Position numbers and translations under genes: made by a program | Part shown: positions 27,141 to 36,411 of the stretch, one piece after another | How the letters are laid out: every line of letters begins with the position of its first letter | Position numbering within the stretch: position 1 is the stretch's first letter | NCBI GenBank assembly: GCA_035295165.1 | Contig: DATGJN010000033.1 | Span: 27,959-91,958 of the forward strand | Reading direction: 5' to 3' | Length of the DNA: 64,000 bases | Origin: a bacterium | GTDB taxonomy: Bacteria > Sysuimicrobiota > Sysuimicrobiia > Sysuimicrobiales > Segetimicrobiaceae | Notes under the pieces: model-generated | The model's database searches: none | Told to the model about the DNA's origin: nothing | Seen by the model: only the letters and a program-made list of their open reading frames with translations

Positions 27141-27359
27141 ATACGAGGCACCGTCGATTGGCCAAGGTATTGCTGAACAGTCCCGGCCTTGCTACGATTT
27201 CGGCCCGTGCGTTGATGAGGCGCCGGGTGTGCATCGGGTCTCTGGCCCAATTCGATTGTGCCGCACTCCTGGGCGAGGGTGTTCCTCTCTCGTTGGCTGA
27301 TATGCCAGTGAATTGGGCACGACTAACCCGAGAGTTAGTAAAGCATTACCGGGACGAAA

Positions 27360-28973
27360 TTGCCGGAGCGCTCTCGACGACGGCTGCAATCTGAGTCATC
27401 GCTTGATGCCGGGCGCAGGCCTCAACAGCGCCGTGGTCGCCATGTGCTCGAAGCTGACGCGTGGTACCGGGCGCTGGTTGAGCAATCCCTGACAGGTATT
27501 TATCTGATCGTGGGCAAGCGCTTTCTCTACGTGAATCAAGCGTTTGCCGAGATCTTTGGCTATCGCACTGAGGAGATCATTGGACGCCTCGGCCCCGCTG
27601 AGCTGACGCACCCGGAAGACCGCCTGGTGGTTGCCCGCCACATCCGAGATCGTCTCAAGGGCGCGGCGGACGTCGCCCACTATCAGTTTCGAGGGGTACG
27701 GAAGGACGGCAGCATGGTCTGGATCGAGGCGTTTGGGCGCCGGATCGAGGACCAAGGCCACCCGGCCATCCTGGGCACCTTGATGGACATCACCCAGCGT
27801 CGGCAGGACGCAGACCGGATGCAATCCCAACTGCGGCGTCTTGGAGCACTCCGGTCGATTGACATGGCAATTACCGCCAGCCTCGACATCCACGTGACCT
27901 TGAATGTGATCCTGGATGAGGTGTTGTCCCAACTCACCGTTGACGCCGCAGACGTCCTTTTGCTAGATGCCCACACGCAACGGCTGCGCTATGCGGCCGG
28001 GCGCGGGTTCCGAACCGGGGTCCTGCAACACACCAGTTTGGCGCTCGGGGAAGGGCACGCAGGTCAGGTGGCACTCGATCGACGTCCATGCATCATCGAG
28101 AATCTCAACCTGACCCCTGGGGCCTTCCTCCACGCTCCGCTACTGGCGAGTGAAGAATTCGTCGCGTACTACGCGGTCCCACTCCTCGCCAAGGGGCACG
28201 TGAACGGAGTGCTCGAACTGTGGCATCGCACCCCGCTCTTCCCAGACCAGGCGTGGTGTGAGTTTCTTGAAGCCCTGGCAGGGCAGACAGCGATTGCCGT
28301 GGACAGTGCCGCCCTGTTCAACGATCTTGAGCGCACGAATGTCGATTTGAAGCGGGCCTATGATCGAACGATTGAGGGATGGTCGCGGGCGCTGGACCTG
28401 CGCGATGAGCAGACCGAAGGGCACGCGCAGCGAGTGGCAGATTTGACCGAACGCTTGGCGCGGCGTATGGGCGTCCCCGACACCGAGTTGGTCCATATCC
28501 GTCGTGGCGCGCTTCTCCATGATATTGGCAAGATGGGTGTACCCGACGCGATTCTGATGAAGTCAGGACCGCTCACGGACGACGAATGGACGATCATGCG
28601 AAAGCACCCGGTCTATGCGAGGGACATGCTCGCGCCCATTGACTATCTGCGGCCGGCGCTAGACATTCCGTACAGCCATCACGAGAAGTGGGACGGGACA
28701 GGATATCCACTTGGGCTCAACGGAGTGCAAATCCCTCTCTCGGCGCGCATTTTTGCGGTCGTGGACGTCTGGGACGCACTGAGGTCGAGCCGTCCGTATC
28801 GAGTCGCCGTATCCACGGCAGAGGTGGTGGCACACATTCGGGAGCAGAGCGGCAAGCATTTCGATCCAGCGGTGGTCGAAGTGTTTCTCAGCCTTCTCGC
28901 CGAGGGAGCCGTGAACCTCACAGATCCCAGAGAGGCACCGCGATGCGAAGAGACCCTACCCGGCGCACCGTAA
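27360..28973 (+). CDS. PAS-GAF-HD-GYP domain c-di-GMP phosphodiesterase
   Basis: PAS (TGIYLIVGKRFLYVNQAFAEIFGY…), GAF-like segment, HD-GYP motifs (HAQRVADL, HDIGKMGVPD, HHEKWDGTGYPLGL). Start uncertain: TTG at 27360 or GTG at 27444. Confidence 0.8.
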   Translation: MPERSRRRLQSESSLDAGRRPQQRRGRHVLEADAWYRALVEQSLTGIYLIVGKRFLYVNQAFAEIFGYRTEEIIGRLGPAELTHPEDRLVVARHIRDRLKGAADVAHYQFRGVRKDGSMVWIEAFGRRIEDQGHPAILGTLMDITQRRQDADRMQSQLRRLGALRSIDMAITASLDIHVTLNVILDEVLSQLTVDAADVLLLDAHTQRLRYAAGRGFRTGVLQHTSLALGEGHAGQVALDRRPCIIENLNLTPGAFLHAPLLASEEFVAYYAVPLLAKGHVNGVLELWHRTPLFPDQAWCEFLEALAGQTAIAVDSAALFNDLERTNVDLKRAYDRTIEGWSRALDLRDEQTEGHAQRVADLTERLARRMGVPDTELVHIRRGALLHDIGKMGVPDAILMKSGPLTDDEWTIMRKHPVYARDMLAPIDYLRPALDIPYSHHEKWDGTGYPLGLNGVQIPLSARIFAVVDVWDALRSSRPYRVAVSTAEVVAHIREQSGKHFDPAVVEVFLSLLAEGAVNLTDPREAPRCEETLPGAP

Positions 28974-30511
28974 AGATCCGTCTCCAAAAGGGGGCTCAGA
29001 GATCGGCGCCGCACGGTGAAGGAGGCGCAGAGGAGGATCTGACGCCAACCCGGGAACAGCTTCAGCAGTTGGTGAGCCATATCCGAGAAGTCTTCTTCAT
29101 TAGCACACCCGAGCCTGTCCGCGTCACGTATCTCAGCCCGGCCTACGAGGAGATCTGGGGCAGGCCCCGTGAGGAAGTGTACCAGCGACCGGCGGCCTGG
29201 ATCGAGTCGATCCATCCGGAGGATCGCAAGCGGGCCATCGAGGTCTTTACGCACTCGCAGTGGGGCGAGCCGACTCGGATGGAGTACCGGATCGTGCGAC
29301 CGGATGGCGCCACGCGCTGGATCAGCAACCGCACGTTTCCAGTCCGCGATTCCGCCGGGAGGTTCTATCAGGTCGTCGGGATCGCCGAGGATATCACTGA
29401 CTACAAGCGCATCGAGCATACGTTGCGCGAGAGCTTGGGGCAGACGCAGCAGGCCCAGGAAAGGCTGGCCGTCGCCCTGCACGAGTCGCAGGAGCGGGCC
29501 CGAGAAAGCGCCGTGCTCGCTGAATTGGTCGACCTGCTCCAGTCCAGTCGACAAGGTGCCGAGGCTTACAAGATTGCCGCGACCATTTTCCGCGGACTCT
29601 TCTTCCCCGGGTCAGGGGCCTTGTGCATCACGAGTTCGTCTCGCAACCTCGTGGAGGCTGTCGCCACATGGGGCGATCGGCGGGTCACCGAGCAGACCTT
29701 CGATCCCAACAGTTGTTGGGCGCTCCGGCGCGGCAAGATACACATCGTGAAGGGTCCGGACTCCCCGATGATGTGCGAGCATGTACGTGGCGCAAATCCG
29801 AATGAATACGTGTGTGTTCCGTTGGCGGCGCAAGGCGAAACGCTCGGAGTGCTGTGTATCGAGGGTCGGCCGGAGCCTCTCGCCGCGTCAGGGAAAGGAT
29901 CAACGGACGAAATCGAGACTCTCGTCCGTCGAGCGACCGCGGCGGGAGAGCGCCTCTCCTTGGCGGTGGCAAATTTGCACTTGCGAGAAGTACTCCGCCG
30001 TCAGTCCATTCGTGATCCGCTCACGAACCTCTTCAACCGGCGCTACATGGAAGAATCGGTGGAACGAGAGTTGCACCGTGGTGCGCGCAATCACGAGCCC
30101 GTCGCATTTCTCATGATTGATCTCGATCACTTCAAGCAGTTCAATGATCGATTCGGGCACCAGGCGGGCGACAGTTACCTCCGTGCTGTAGGCGAGTTCT
30201 TGCGAGAGCGAACCCGTGGGTTAGACCTTGTGTGCCGCTATGGAGGCGAAGAGTTCTTGATCGTTCTGCCGGGTGCGTCGGCTGAAGACACTCGCCAGCG
30301 CGCGGAAGCATGGCGTGAAGAATTCAAATCCTTAACGGTACAGCATGTCGGTCAGGCCCTCGGGGGCATCAGCCTTTCAATCGGGATCGCAGTTTTCCCC
30401 GATCACGGCGAGACGTTGGACGCATTGATTCGCGCAGCCGATCAGATGCTCTATAAGGCGAAGGCCGAGGGGCGTGACAGAGTCCTCGTGGCGATGGGCA
30501 CACATGCTTGA
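28943..30511 (+). CDS. PAS-GAF-GGDEF diguanylate cyclase
   Basis: ATG at 28943 (AGAGAGG upstream) overlapping the HD-GYP gene by 31 nt; PAS segment, GAF-like segment, GGDEF domain with RYGGEEF active site and an RxxD-like I-site context. Confidence 0.8.
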   Translation: MRRDPTRRTVKIRLQKGAQRSAPHGEGGAEEDLTPTREQLQQLVSHIREVFFISTPEPVRVTYLSPAYEEIWGRPREEVYQRPAAWIESIHPEDRKRAIEVFTHSQWGEPTRMEYRIVRPDGATRWISNRTFPVRDSAGRFYQVVGIAEDITDYKRIEHTLRESLGQTQQAQERLAVALHESQERARESAVLAELVDLLQSSRQGAEAYKIAATIFRGLFFPGSGALCITSSSRNLVEAVATWGDRRVTEQTFDPNSCWALRRGKIHIVKGPDSPMMCEHVRGANPNEYVCVPLAAQGETLGVLCIEGRPEPLAASGKGSTDEIETLVRRATAAGERLSLAVANLHLREVLRRQSIRDPLTNLFNRRYMEESVERELHRGARNHEPVAFLMIDLDHFKQFNDRFGHQAGDSYLRAVGEFLRERTRGLDLVCRYGGEEFLIVLPGASAEDTRQRAEAWREEFKSLTVQHVGQALGGISLSIGIAVFPDHGETLDALIRAADQMLYKAKAEGRDRVLVAMGTHA

Positions 30512-30612
30512 TACGCAGGAACGCGGGTACCGACGCGCATCGAATCAATCGATTTCTGATTCGGGCCCCGAGCTCTACCGCCGCTCCCGGACGTACGACG
30601 CGCCGATGTACT

Positions 30613-30903
30613 CTATGCCCGACTGAACCAGTCTACAGCCGGAATCTCTGCTCCGCTCGCAAGGGATTCCGGGGCCCTTGCCACCAGTGGCTCCAGCAGG
30701 TCGTCCCCCCGCGGGTCCATCTCGTGTCGCTGATCATCGTACATCCGCGCTTTCCCAAGACAGGTCAACGCCACACGCCACTCCCCTGATGCCAGCGAGT
30801 CTTTGGCCATGCGGACGCACTCGTCGCGCAGGTACTTGAGCGTGGCGATCGCCTGCTGCCGGGCCTGTTCAGGTGTGACACGGTGGAAGCCTTTGCGTCG
30901 CAT
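30613..30903 (-). CDS. Hypothetical protein (96 aa); full-length paralogue of the fragment at 26058..26163
   Basis: MRRKGFHRVTPEQARQQAIATLKYLRDECVRMAKDS…; follows a 112-aa ORF on the same strand. Confidence 0.45.
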   Translation of the reverse strand: MRRKGFHRVTPEQARQQAIATLKYLRDECVRMAKDSLASGEWRVALTCLGKARMYDDQRHEMDPRGDDLLEPLVARAPESLASGAEIPAVDWFSRA

Positions 30904-30914
30904 GACGGTAGTCG

Positions 30915-31253
30915 CTATCCTTCCGTGGGCTCCTCGTCGTTGGGTTCCGGCGGCGCTGGGTGGTCGCGTGCCTCGACGGGGGGACCAACGCGACGGTCTC
31001 TCCCATGCTTGGCGGCGATGACTTTCTGGGCCGCGGCGGTGAGTCGGCTGACGTCTGCCGGCGAGAGGTGGTCAATCGGCCCAGTCACGTCCTGCTTCCG
31101 AAGCCAGGCCATCGCCCGAGCGTTCGTGCCCCCCGTCTTGCTCGGGGCCGCGCCGGCGATGAACGTGAGGAAGTCCTCGTACTTGATATAGCCGCCCTCT
31201 GCAGAGCGGAGAAAGCCGGGGGAGTCGATCGGGACACGTTCGGTGTCGGCCAT
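30915..31253 (-). CDS. Hypothetical protein (112 aa)
   Basis: ATG start, 11-nt gap to the next gene; no recognisable domain. Confidence 0.35.
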   Translation of the reverse strand: MADTERVPIDSPGFLRSAEGGYIKYEDFLTFIAGAAPSKTGGTNARAMAWLRKQDVTGPIDHLSPADVSRLTAAAQKVIAAKHGRDRRVGPPVEARDHPAPPEPNDEEPTEG

Positions 31254-31353
31254 CGGGACGGTCCTCCGTGCTGTAATGGAGAAGCCTTCCCGATGTTCGG
31301 TGCGAGGCTCCTGCCGAACACTTACCGACGAGTGGGGGACAATCGCCTACCGA

Positions 31354-32034
31354 CTACGGCGAGCTGGAAAGAATCTTCGTGACCTCACCCAGCAGAAGGC
31401 CGCGGTACTTGGCAAAAGCATCATCCATCTTGCCCGTCAGATACCACGTAAAACAGTGGTGAAGGGCCGTCAACGCATCGCCGGTCAAGGTGGTCCCTGT
31501 CAATCTGAGTTGGCCTTCGGGGATCACAATCACGAGATCCAATCGTAGGAACCCTTCGAGGATCCCGAACTCGTCGCTGGGAGGGAGGTGAAAGAGGAAT
31601 GGGTACTCCCACGCTTCTAAACGCAGCCTGAACTCCTGGACGTGAGTGTCGTGGAATCGGAACATGGGGCACGCCAAGTAAACGCTGGGAAAATCTTGCT
31701 TCGGGAGTCCCGCAACTGATGGTCGTACGGCTGTTGGGGACAGTAGGACAACTGATCGCCGTTTCATCTTCACGATCCCAAAGGCTTCATCATGCTCCAG
31801 TGGGCGAGGGCGTAGAACGGGATTGTGCTTGAACGTAGATTCATCCGCCTGAACTACGCTGTACGTGATAGCGTCCCCACGATTCGCGGCGTCGATGTTG
31901 AACTTGAGGGCGTTCAGCGGGCCAGGCGGGAGGTAGTAGACCGTGGACTCGCAGACTCGTCCAGGCGCGTACCCTCCAGTGCCAGCGTTTGTGTAGTAGG
32001 TCCCGATGATATCGAACGCGGTCTTATTTATCAC
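31354..32034 (-). CDS. Hypothetical protein (226 aa); candidate toxin partner of the adjacent Panacea-domain protein
   Basis: GTG start 22 nt after the Panacea gene stop on the same strand; no recognisable domain; visibly lower GC. Confidence 0.45.
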   Translation of the reverse strand: MINKTAFDIIGTYYTNAGTGGYAPGRVCESTVYYLPPGPLNALKFNIDAANRGDAITYSVVQADESTFKHNPVLRPRPLEHDEAFGIVKMKRRSVVLLSPTAVRPSVAGLPKQDFPSVYLACPMFRFHDTHVQEFRLRLEAWEYPFLFHLPPSDEFGILEGFLRLDLVIVIPEGQLRLTGTTLTGDALTALHHCFTWYLTGKMDDAFAKYRGLLLGEVTKILSSSP

Positions 32035-32055
32035 GTGCGAGAGAAAGCATCACGG

Positions 32056-32706
32056 CTATTTCGAACCGATGGCACGCAATCCTTGCGCCAACACATCGTC
32101 ATATCGCGGTTCAGGCGATGGCTCGACGAGCTTCTGTTGGTCGGAACGGATCTGGGACCAGAACTCCTGCTTGAGCCGAGTCAGTTCTTCAATCCTACGT
32201 GGATCGATCCGACCCAAGAGCAAGTTCGCGAGCGATGTCACCTGTACCCGAGGGTGGATCAATCCGAAGTCGAGCGGACGTTCCCAAACAGCATCCAGCA
32301 TTGGCTCTGTTTCGAAATACACATAGTTCAGGATGGACGCAAGGGATTCGCCAGCCCAGCGATCCAGGACATCCTTGATGATCCCTCGCTGTTGAGGGGC
32401 GAGACTGTACTCTGCCCCGTGGCCGGGCCCGTGATACGTAAAGAACGTTTTGCCGGTGGCAGAGACTCCCGACAGCTCATCGATCGACTGGCCAGCGATT
32501 CGGCTGATAGCGTGATCGAGCTCAAACGAGTAAGGTCCGTACTTGTAGAAAATCCACTCGACGTTAGTGATACGCGGCAGCCCCGCGCGGACGGATTCCA
32601 CATCCGACAAGTAGATGAACTTCACCAGCGCGGTCTTTACGGGGCGCACCCCGCGCTCTGTGAGCTCGTTCACCACGTACTCAGCAATCTGCTCTGTGGT
32701 CGCCAT
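32056..32706 (-). CDS. Panacea domain (DUF4065) protein, SocA/PanA-like putative antitoxin
   Basis: N-terminal pattern LVKFIYLSDVESVRAGLPRITNVEWIFYKYGPYSFELDHAI matches the DUF4065/Panacea signature (KLqKLLY…gkpi…w.kGPv…). Confidence 0.6.
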   Translation of the reverse strand: MATTEQIAEYVVNELTERGVRPVKTALVKFIYLSDVESVRAGLPRITNVEWIFYKYGPYSFELDHAISRIAGQSIDELSGVSATGKTFFTYHGPGHGAEYSLAPQQRGIIKDVLDRWAGESLASILNYVYFETEPMLDAVWERPLDFGLIHPRVQVTSLANLLLGRIDPRRIEELTRLKQEFWSQIRSDQQKLVEPSPEPRYDDVLAQGLRAIGSK

Positions 32707-33150
32707 AGGCCCGTTCGCGTGCGTGGTGCCCTATTTGACTCTCGTTGAGACGTTTCCCTCTGTCTCTTGAACGACCATCCTTACTCGTTTGTGCCCGACC
32801 TCCCTCGGGGAGTACCTGGATACGGGGGCGGCGGGGGTCTCGACGGCCCGCTAGACCCTATTTTACAGGGCCCAGCGAGGGGCTACTTTGTCGTTCCCGG
32901 ACCCCCAAGTTTTTCTCCAGCCCAGTTTTTCTCCGACCTCGTTTTCGCCTCCGAACACCTAATCTACGCTCAGGCGGATACGTCAGCCCGCGCCAAGGGG
33001 GTTGGTATACTGCATGGCTGGGGTCGAACGGGGCTCGGGAGCGGCGCACTCGCTGAGAATGAACGGGGTGGGGGAGCACGCGTGCGGCTACGTCGTCGTC
33101 GGGCAGATGCGTGGAGGCGATCAAGCACCGCACAGATCCGGAGGGGGCAG

Positions 33151-33600
33151 TCACGACACGGGGTTCGGGGCCAGCACCCGGCGCGCCCGCAGGGCCTCCG
33201 CCTCGTCGTCAGACAGCGGTCTGGCGCTCGTCGTGTGGTCGTTCAGTACGTCAGAGGGGATGCCATAATCCTGGAGTGGGCCGGAGAGGGCAGCCTCGTT
33301 CCGGCACGCATAGCGGTCGAGGTCCGCCAGAGAGAAACCCACGGTGAGCTCGACCAGCACGCTCACGTCGGCGGCGGAGAGTCGGTACGGATGCCGCGTC
33401 ACCCAGACCGTCTCCTCCGAGTCGAGCGGGGACCACCACGGACCGGCGTAGCCCTCATCCTCGGCACCGAACCCCTCATTGGTGATCCGGTCGGCCTGGT
33501 CCCAGTCGAACGCGCGGAAGTAGAGCACGGTCGGGCTGCCCCCTCGTTCCTCGGTGTGCTGGCGGGTTCCCTCGGGCGGGTCTTCCAGGAACGGGTTCAT
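33151..33600 (-). CDS. Hypothetical acidic protein (150 aa), translationally coupled to the upstream small basic protein
   Basis: ATG at 33600 with AAGGAG 5 nt upstream; ATGA overlap with the stop of 33597..33845. Confidence 0.5.
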   Translation of the reverse strand: MNPFLEDPPEGTRQHTEERGGSPTVLYFRAFDWDQADRITNEGFGAEDEGYAGPWWSPLDSEETVWVTRHPYRLSAADVSVLVELTVGFSLADLDRYACRNEAALSGPLQDYGIPSDVLNDHTTSARPLSDDEAEALRARRVLAPNPVS

Positions 33601-33845
33601 GTGGACTCCTTGGGCGGCCGGGGCTTCCTCCGCTTGGCCTTCCGCCATCGCTTCATCACGGCCTGACGAGCGGCCTCGGACCGACCGGTCTTGGGCGTCT
33701 TCGCCCACCGATCCTGCGCTGCTTTCCGAGCCGAGCGGCTCCGCTCCTCCGGCGTCAGGGCCTCTCTGCGGGCGACCCCACCGGCATGAGCCCGTGCCTT
33801 CCGCACGGACTTGGGAGGCAGATGCGGCGTCGTGTGCTCGTTCAT
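33597..33845 (-). CDS. Small basic protein (82 aa; R/K-rich, RxxLTPEERS…RKAAQDRW motif), possible DNA-binding partner
   Basis: ATG at 33845; strongly basic; 4-nt overlap with the downstream ORF. Confidence 0.45.
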   Translation of the reverse strand: MNEHTTPHLPPKSVRKARAHAGGVARREALTPEERSRSARKAAQDRWAKTPKTGRSEAARQAVMKRWRKAKRRKPRPPKEST

Positions 33846-34123
33846 AGCCAAAGTATACGGGAAGCACGCAAGTATTGACAAGAGATCTAGCACGCACGTA
33901 TACTGGCCTTGGAGGTGACCGATTATGTCTCTGAGAGGTATCGAAGCCTTCTTCCTCGCCCTCGGTTATCGACCAGCACTCGCGAACGGCCACACCCCGA
34001 GACGGGATCCGCTGGACGTCGTGATCGACCACGCCCGACGGTCTCGGGAAGCGGTTGAACATCTCCTCGCCGCCACGGCCCGCAAGCGGCGAAGCAAGAA
34101 GCGGTAACCGACAGGGGGGACTG

Positions 34124-34753
34124 ATGATGCGCGTCGGGATCTACGCGAGAATCTCCACGAACGACAAAGACCAGAATCTCCAGACGCAGCTCCAGCCGCT
34201 CGCTGAGTACGTCGAGGCGCAGGGATGGACGCTTGCCGGCACATGGACCGATGAGGCGTCGGCGATGGACCTCAAGCATCGGACGGGCTGGAAGGCGCTC
34301 CTCAACGCTGCCTCGAAACGCCGCGTGGACCTCATCTTGGTGCATCGGCTCGACCGAGCCTTCCGGAGCGTCTCTCATGCGGTCACAACGCTGGAGCAGC
34401 TCCGCCGTTGGCGCGTGGGCCTGCGCTCCTTCTCCGAGGCGTGGCTGGACACGAGCGGAGAGAATCCCGTCTCGGACTTGATCTTCAACGTCCTGGCCAG
34501 CGTGGCGCAGTTTGAGCGGAGCCTGATTGCCTCCCGGGTACGGGCGGGCATGGCGAGAGCGAGGCGGGAGGGGAAGACGCTCGGACGGCCGCGGGCAATC
34601 AACGGAGAATGGGCCCAGGTCGAGCCGCTCCTGGCGAGTGGACAGCTCAGCCAGAGCGAGGCGGCAAGGCGCTTGGGCGTATCGAGGACGACGGTGTACC
34701 GGCTGTTGCAAAATGGTGGCGGTTCCAGCGGGTCGCAAGGCCCTGCAAACTAA
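34124..34753 (+). CDS. Small serine recombinase (resolvase/invertase family)
   Basis: ATG at 34124 after GGGGGGA; MRVGIYARISTNDKDQ catalytic serine motif; C-terminal HTH (EAARRLGVSRTTVYRLLQ). Confidence 0.8.
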   Translation: MMRVGIYARISTNDKDQNLQTQLQPLAEYVEAQGWTLAGTWTDEASAMDLKHRTGWKALLNAASKRRVDLILVHRLDRAFRSVSHAVTTLEQLRRWRVGLRSFSEAWLDTSGENPVSDLIFNVLASVAQFERSLIASRVRAGMARARREGKTLGRPRAINGEWAQVEPLLASGQLSQSEAARRLGVSRTTVYRLLQNGGGSSGSQGPAN

Positions 34754-34826
34754 GGGCTCGCGGAAGCCGAAACGGGATGCACGGAAGGAGTTCTTTTCGC
34801 ACCAGTGAGAGGCGGGGGAGATACGA

Positions 34827-35171
34827 TTGAGGCTCTATCATCGGACGACCGCCAGCAGGGGGAAGCAGATTCTCACCTCGGGCTTCCGCGACCACAGAGG
34901 ACACTACCTGACTGAGCAGTACCATGTCGGGGTATGGTTCTCCGACGTCCCGTTGGGCATGAACGAGGCCGCTAGCTCGGGCGCAGACGGCGATGTCCTG
35001 CTGGAGGCGCGAATCCCCATCGCGCGGATTCGAGACTACGAATGGATTGAGGAAGGCAAGTCGTACCGGGAGTTCTTCCTCCCCGAGAAGGTCGCCAACG
35101 AGTATGGTCGCCCCCGCGTTGTCCCCCGCACACGGGACTGGAGGCGTGACGCTCGGCGACGACGCCGATAG
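34827..35171 (+). CDS. Hypothetical protein (114 aa) with LYHRT…ILTSGF N-terminus reminiscent of H-Y-E ADP-ribosyltransferase-fold proteins (speculative)
   Basis: TTG start with GGGGGAG 6 nt upstream; motif resemblance only (LYH-x-T, IL..GF, later Y and E-x-x-E-E). Confidence 0.3.
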   Translation: MRLYHRTTASRGKQILTSGFRDHRGHYLTEQYHVGVWFSDVPLGMNEAASSGADGDVLLEARIPIARIRDYEWIEEGKSYREFFLPEKVANEYGRPRVVPRTRDWRRDARRRRR

Positions 35172-35339
35172 GTACGGTGCTACCCACACGGGGGGAAAGC
35201 CCGTCAAGATGCGTGTCTGAAGTCAGCTCCGTTCGCTTTCCTACGTGAAATATACGCGCTAACTTCGGTCGCCCACAGAATAGCCCATGGGCCCGGACCC
35301 CCACGCGCGTTGGGGGCAAACGTTCAGAACCTTCGACCG

Positions 35340-36104
35340 TTATGGACAGGCCCCTCTCCAATCGTCGATGGAGATGTCTGAAACTCGGCCTTTGTACAGC
35401 ATAAGGGTCAGCCCGCAATAGGATAGGCCAGGGACGCCCTTGTAGATGTGAGGAACTCCTTGCACAGCAAAAACTCGCTCGGCCGGATCTCCAATCCTGA
35501 TTCCTCGGGAAGTAGCGAAGACGAGCCCTTCGGGAACCCGGATGGGGAAATCTGCGCTCGTACGCATTCCGCCGTTGGTCGCGCAGAAATACGGGAACAT
35601 CACCGGCTCGACATCGGACAGATAGCCCTGAAGAGTCTCCCCCAGAACGTCTGTCTCGATGATGTTGACTCGTGTAATGGAGAAAGCACGCTCCGCGTAT
35701 AACCCCTGATCGGGATAGATCCAGAGGTCGTCCGTCTCTCCTTTGGAAAGGAGGTGATACGGGGCGACTACGTGACAGTGAACCGTCCAGCGTCCGTCTT
35801 CTGGGTGGGCAATCTCGACGGTCCCAAACCGCTTCCCAGGATCGGCGATGATGAGAGTCAGCTCCGCCCCTTGGGCGAAAACACTCAACGCGATGGTGAG
35901 GAGGAAGGCGGCGAGAAGACCCAGGCCAGTCTTCACCCTTCTCACCTCCCCTGCGAATAACCCGTCTCTTTTCGCTTGCAGCCGCTCCCGGTTTTTGGGC
36001 GCGTCGATGACCTGCAAAGATGTCTTGTGTCCGCGCGGCACCACGATTCTAGATAACGACAAACGATGTTCGCACACGAGTAATGTTGTTGGTACCACAC
36101 TCAA
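35340..36104 (-). CDS. Hypothetical secreted/membrane-anchored protein
   Basis: Hydrophobic signal-like segment KTGLGLLAAFLLTIALSVFAQGA followed by about 190-aa domain; start codon uncertain. Confidence 0.45.
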   Translation of the reverse strand: MSVVPTTLLVCEHRLSLSRIVVPRGHKTSLQVIDAPKNRERLQAKRDGLFAGEVRRVKTGLGLLAAFLLTIALSVFAQGAELTLIIADPGKRFGTVEIAHPEDGRWTVHCHVVAPYHLLSKGETDDLWIYPDQGLYAERAFSITRVNIIETDVLGETLQGYLSDVEPVMFPYFCATNGGMRTSADFPIRVPEGLVFATSRGIRIGDPAERVFAVQGVPHIYKGVPGLSYCGLTLMLYKGRVSDISIDDWRGACP

Positions 36105-36411
36105 TCACAATGGGCCATTGGCCTGGAGTAGTCCGTGTGCCGACCATCCACGTCCATGTCACCATACCGTGGGCATCCGCGACTGTCGGCACTAGTCCGG
36201 CCGCCGTACTGGGTCCACTCTTGTAGATCACAGTGATGGAACAGGAAGTTCGGGGGCTTGTCTGAACGGTGACCAAGCCTATCGCTCCGTGCGACACTGG
36301 CGACCGAACCGAAATGATCTTGACCGGAGGAAAGCCCGACTGTGCGACCGCGGGGAGCGCGATTGTGAGAATAAGACACACGGCGAGCGCCACGTTCTGA
36401 AGGCGTCTCAT
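36049..36411 (-). CDS. Small secreted protein (120 aa) with signal peptide
   Basis: MRRLQNVALAVCLILTIALPAVAQS… classic Sec signal peptide. Confidence 0.45.
   Translation of the reverse strand: MRRLQNVALAVCLILTIALPAVAQSGFPPVKIISVRSPVSHGAIGLVTVQTSPRTSCSITVIYKSGPSTAAGLVPTVADAHGMVTWTWMVGTRTTPGQWPIVIECGTNNITRVRTSFVVI

Noticed and set aside
28688-28942. Upstream extension of the GGDEF ORF into the HD-GYP gene
   Set aside because: Overlaps the conserved C-terminal HD-GYP domain in another frame; an ATG with AGAGAGG at 28943 gives a sensible PAS-domain N-terminus.
32767-33666. 299-aa plus-strand ORF
   Set aside because: Overlaps the RBS-supported, ATGA-coupled minus-strand pair (33151..33845); Gly/Arg-rich composition.
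33923-34738. 271-aa minus-strand ORF
   Set aside because: Antisense to the invertase-type serine recombinase, which has the conserved catalytic motif and a strong RBS.
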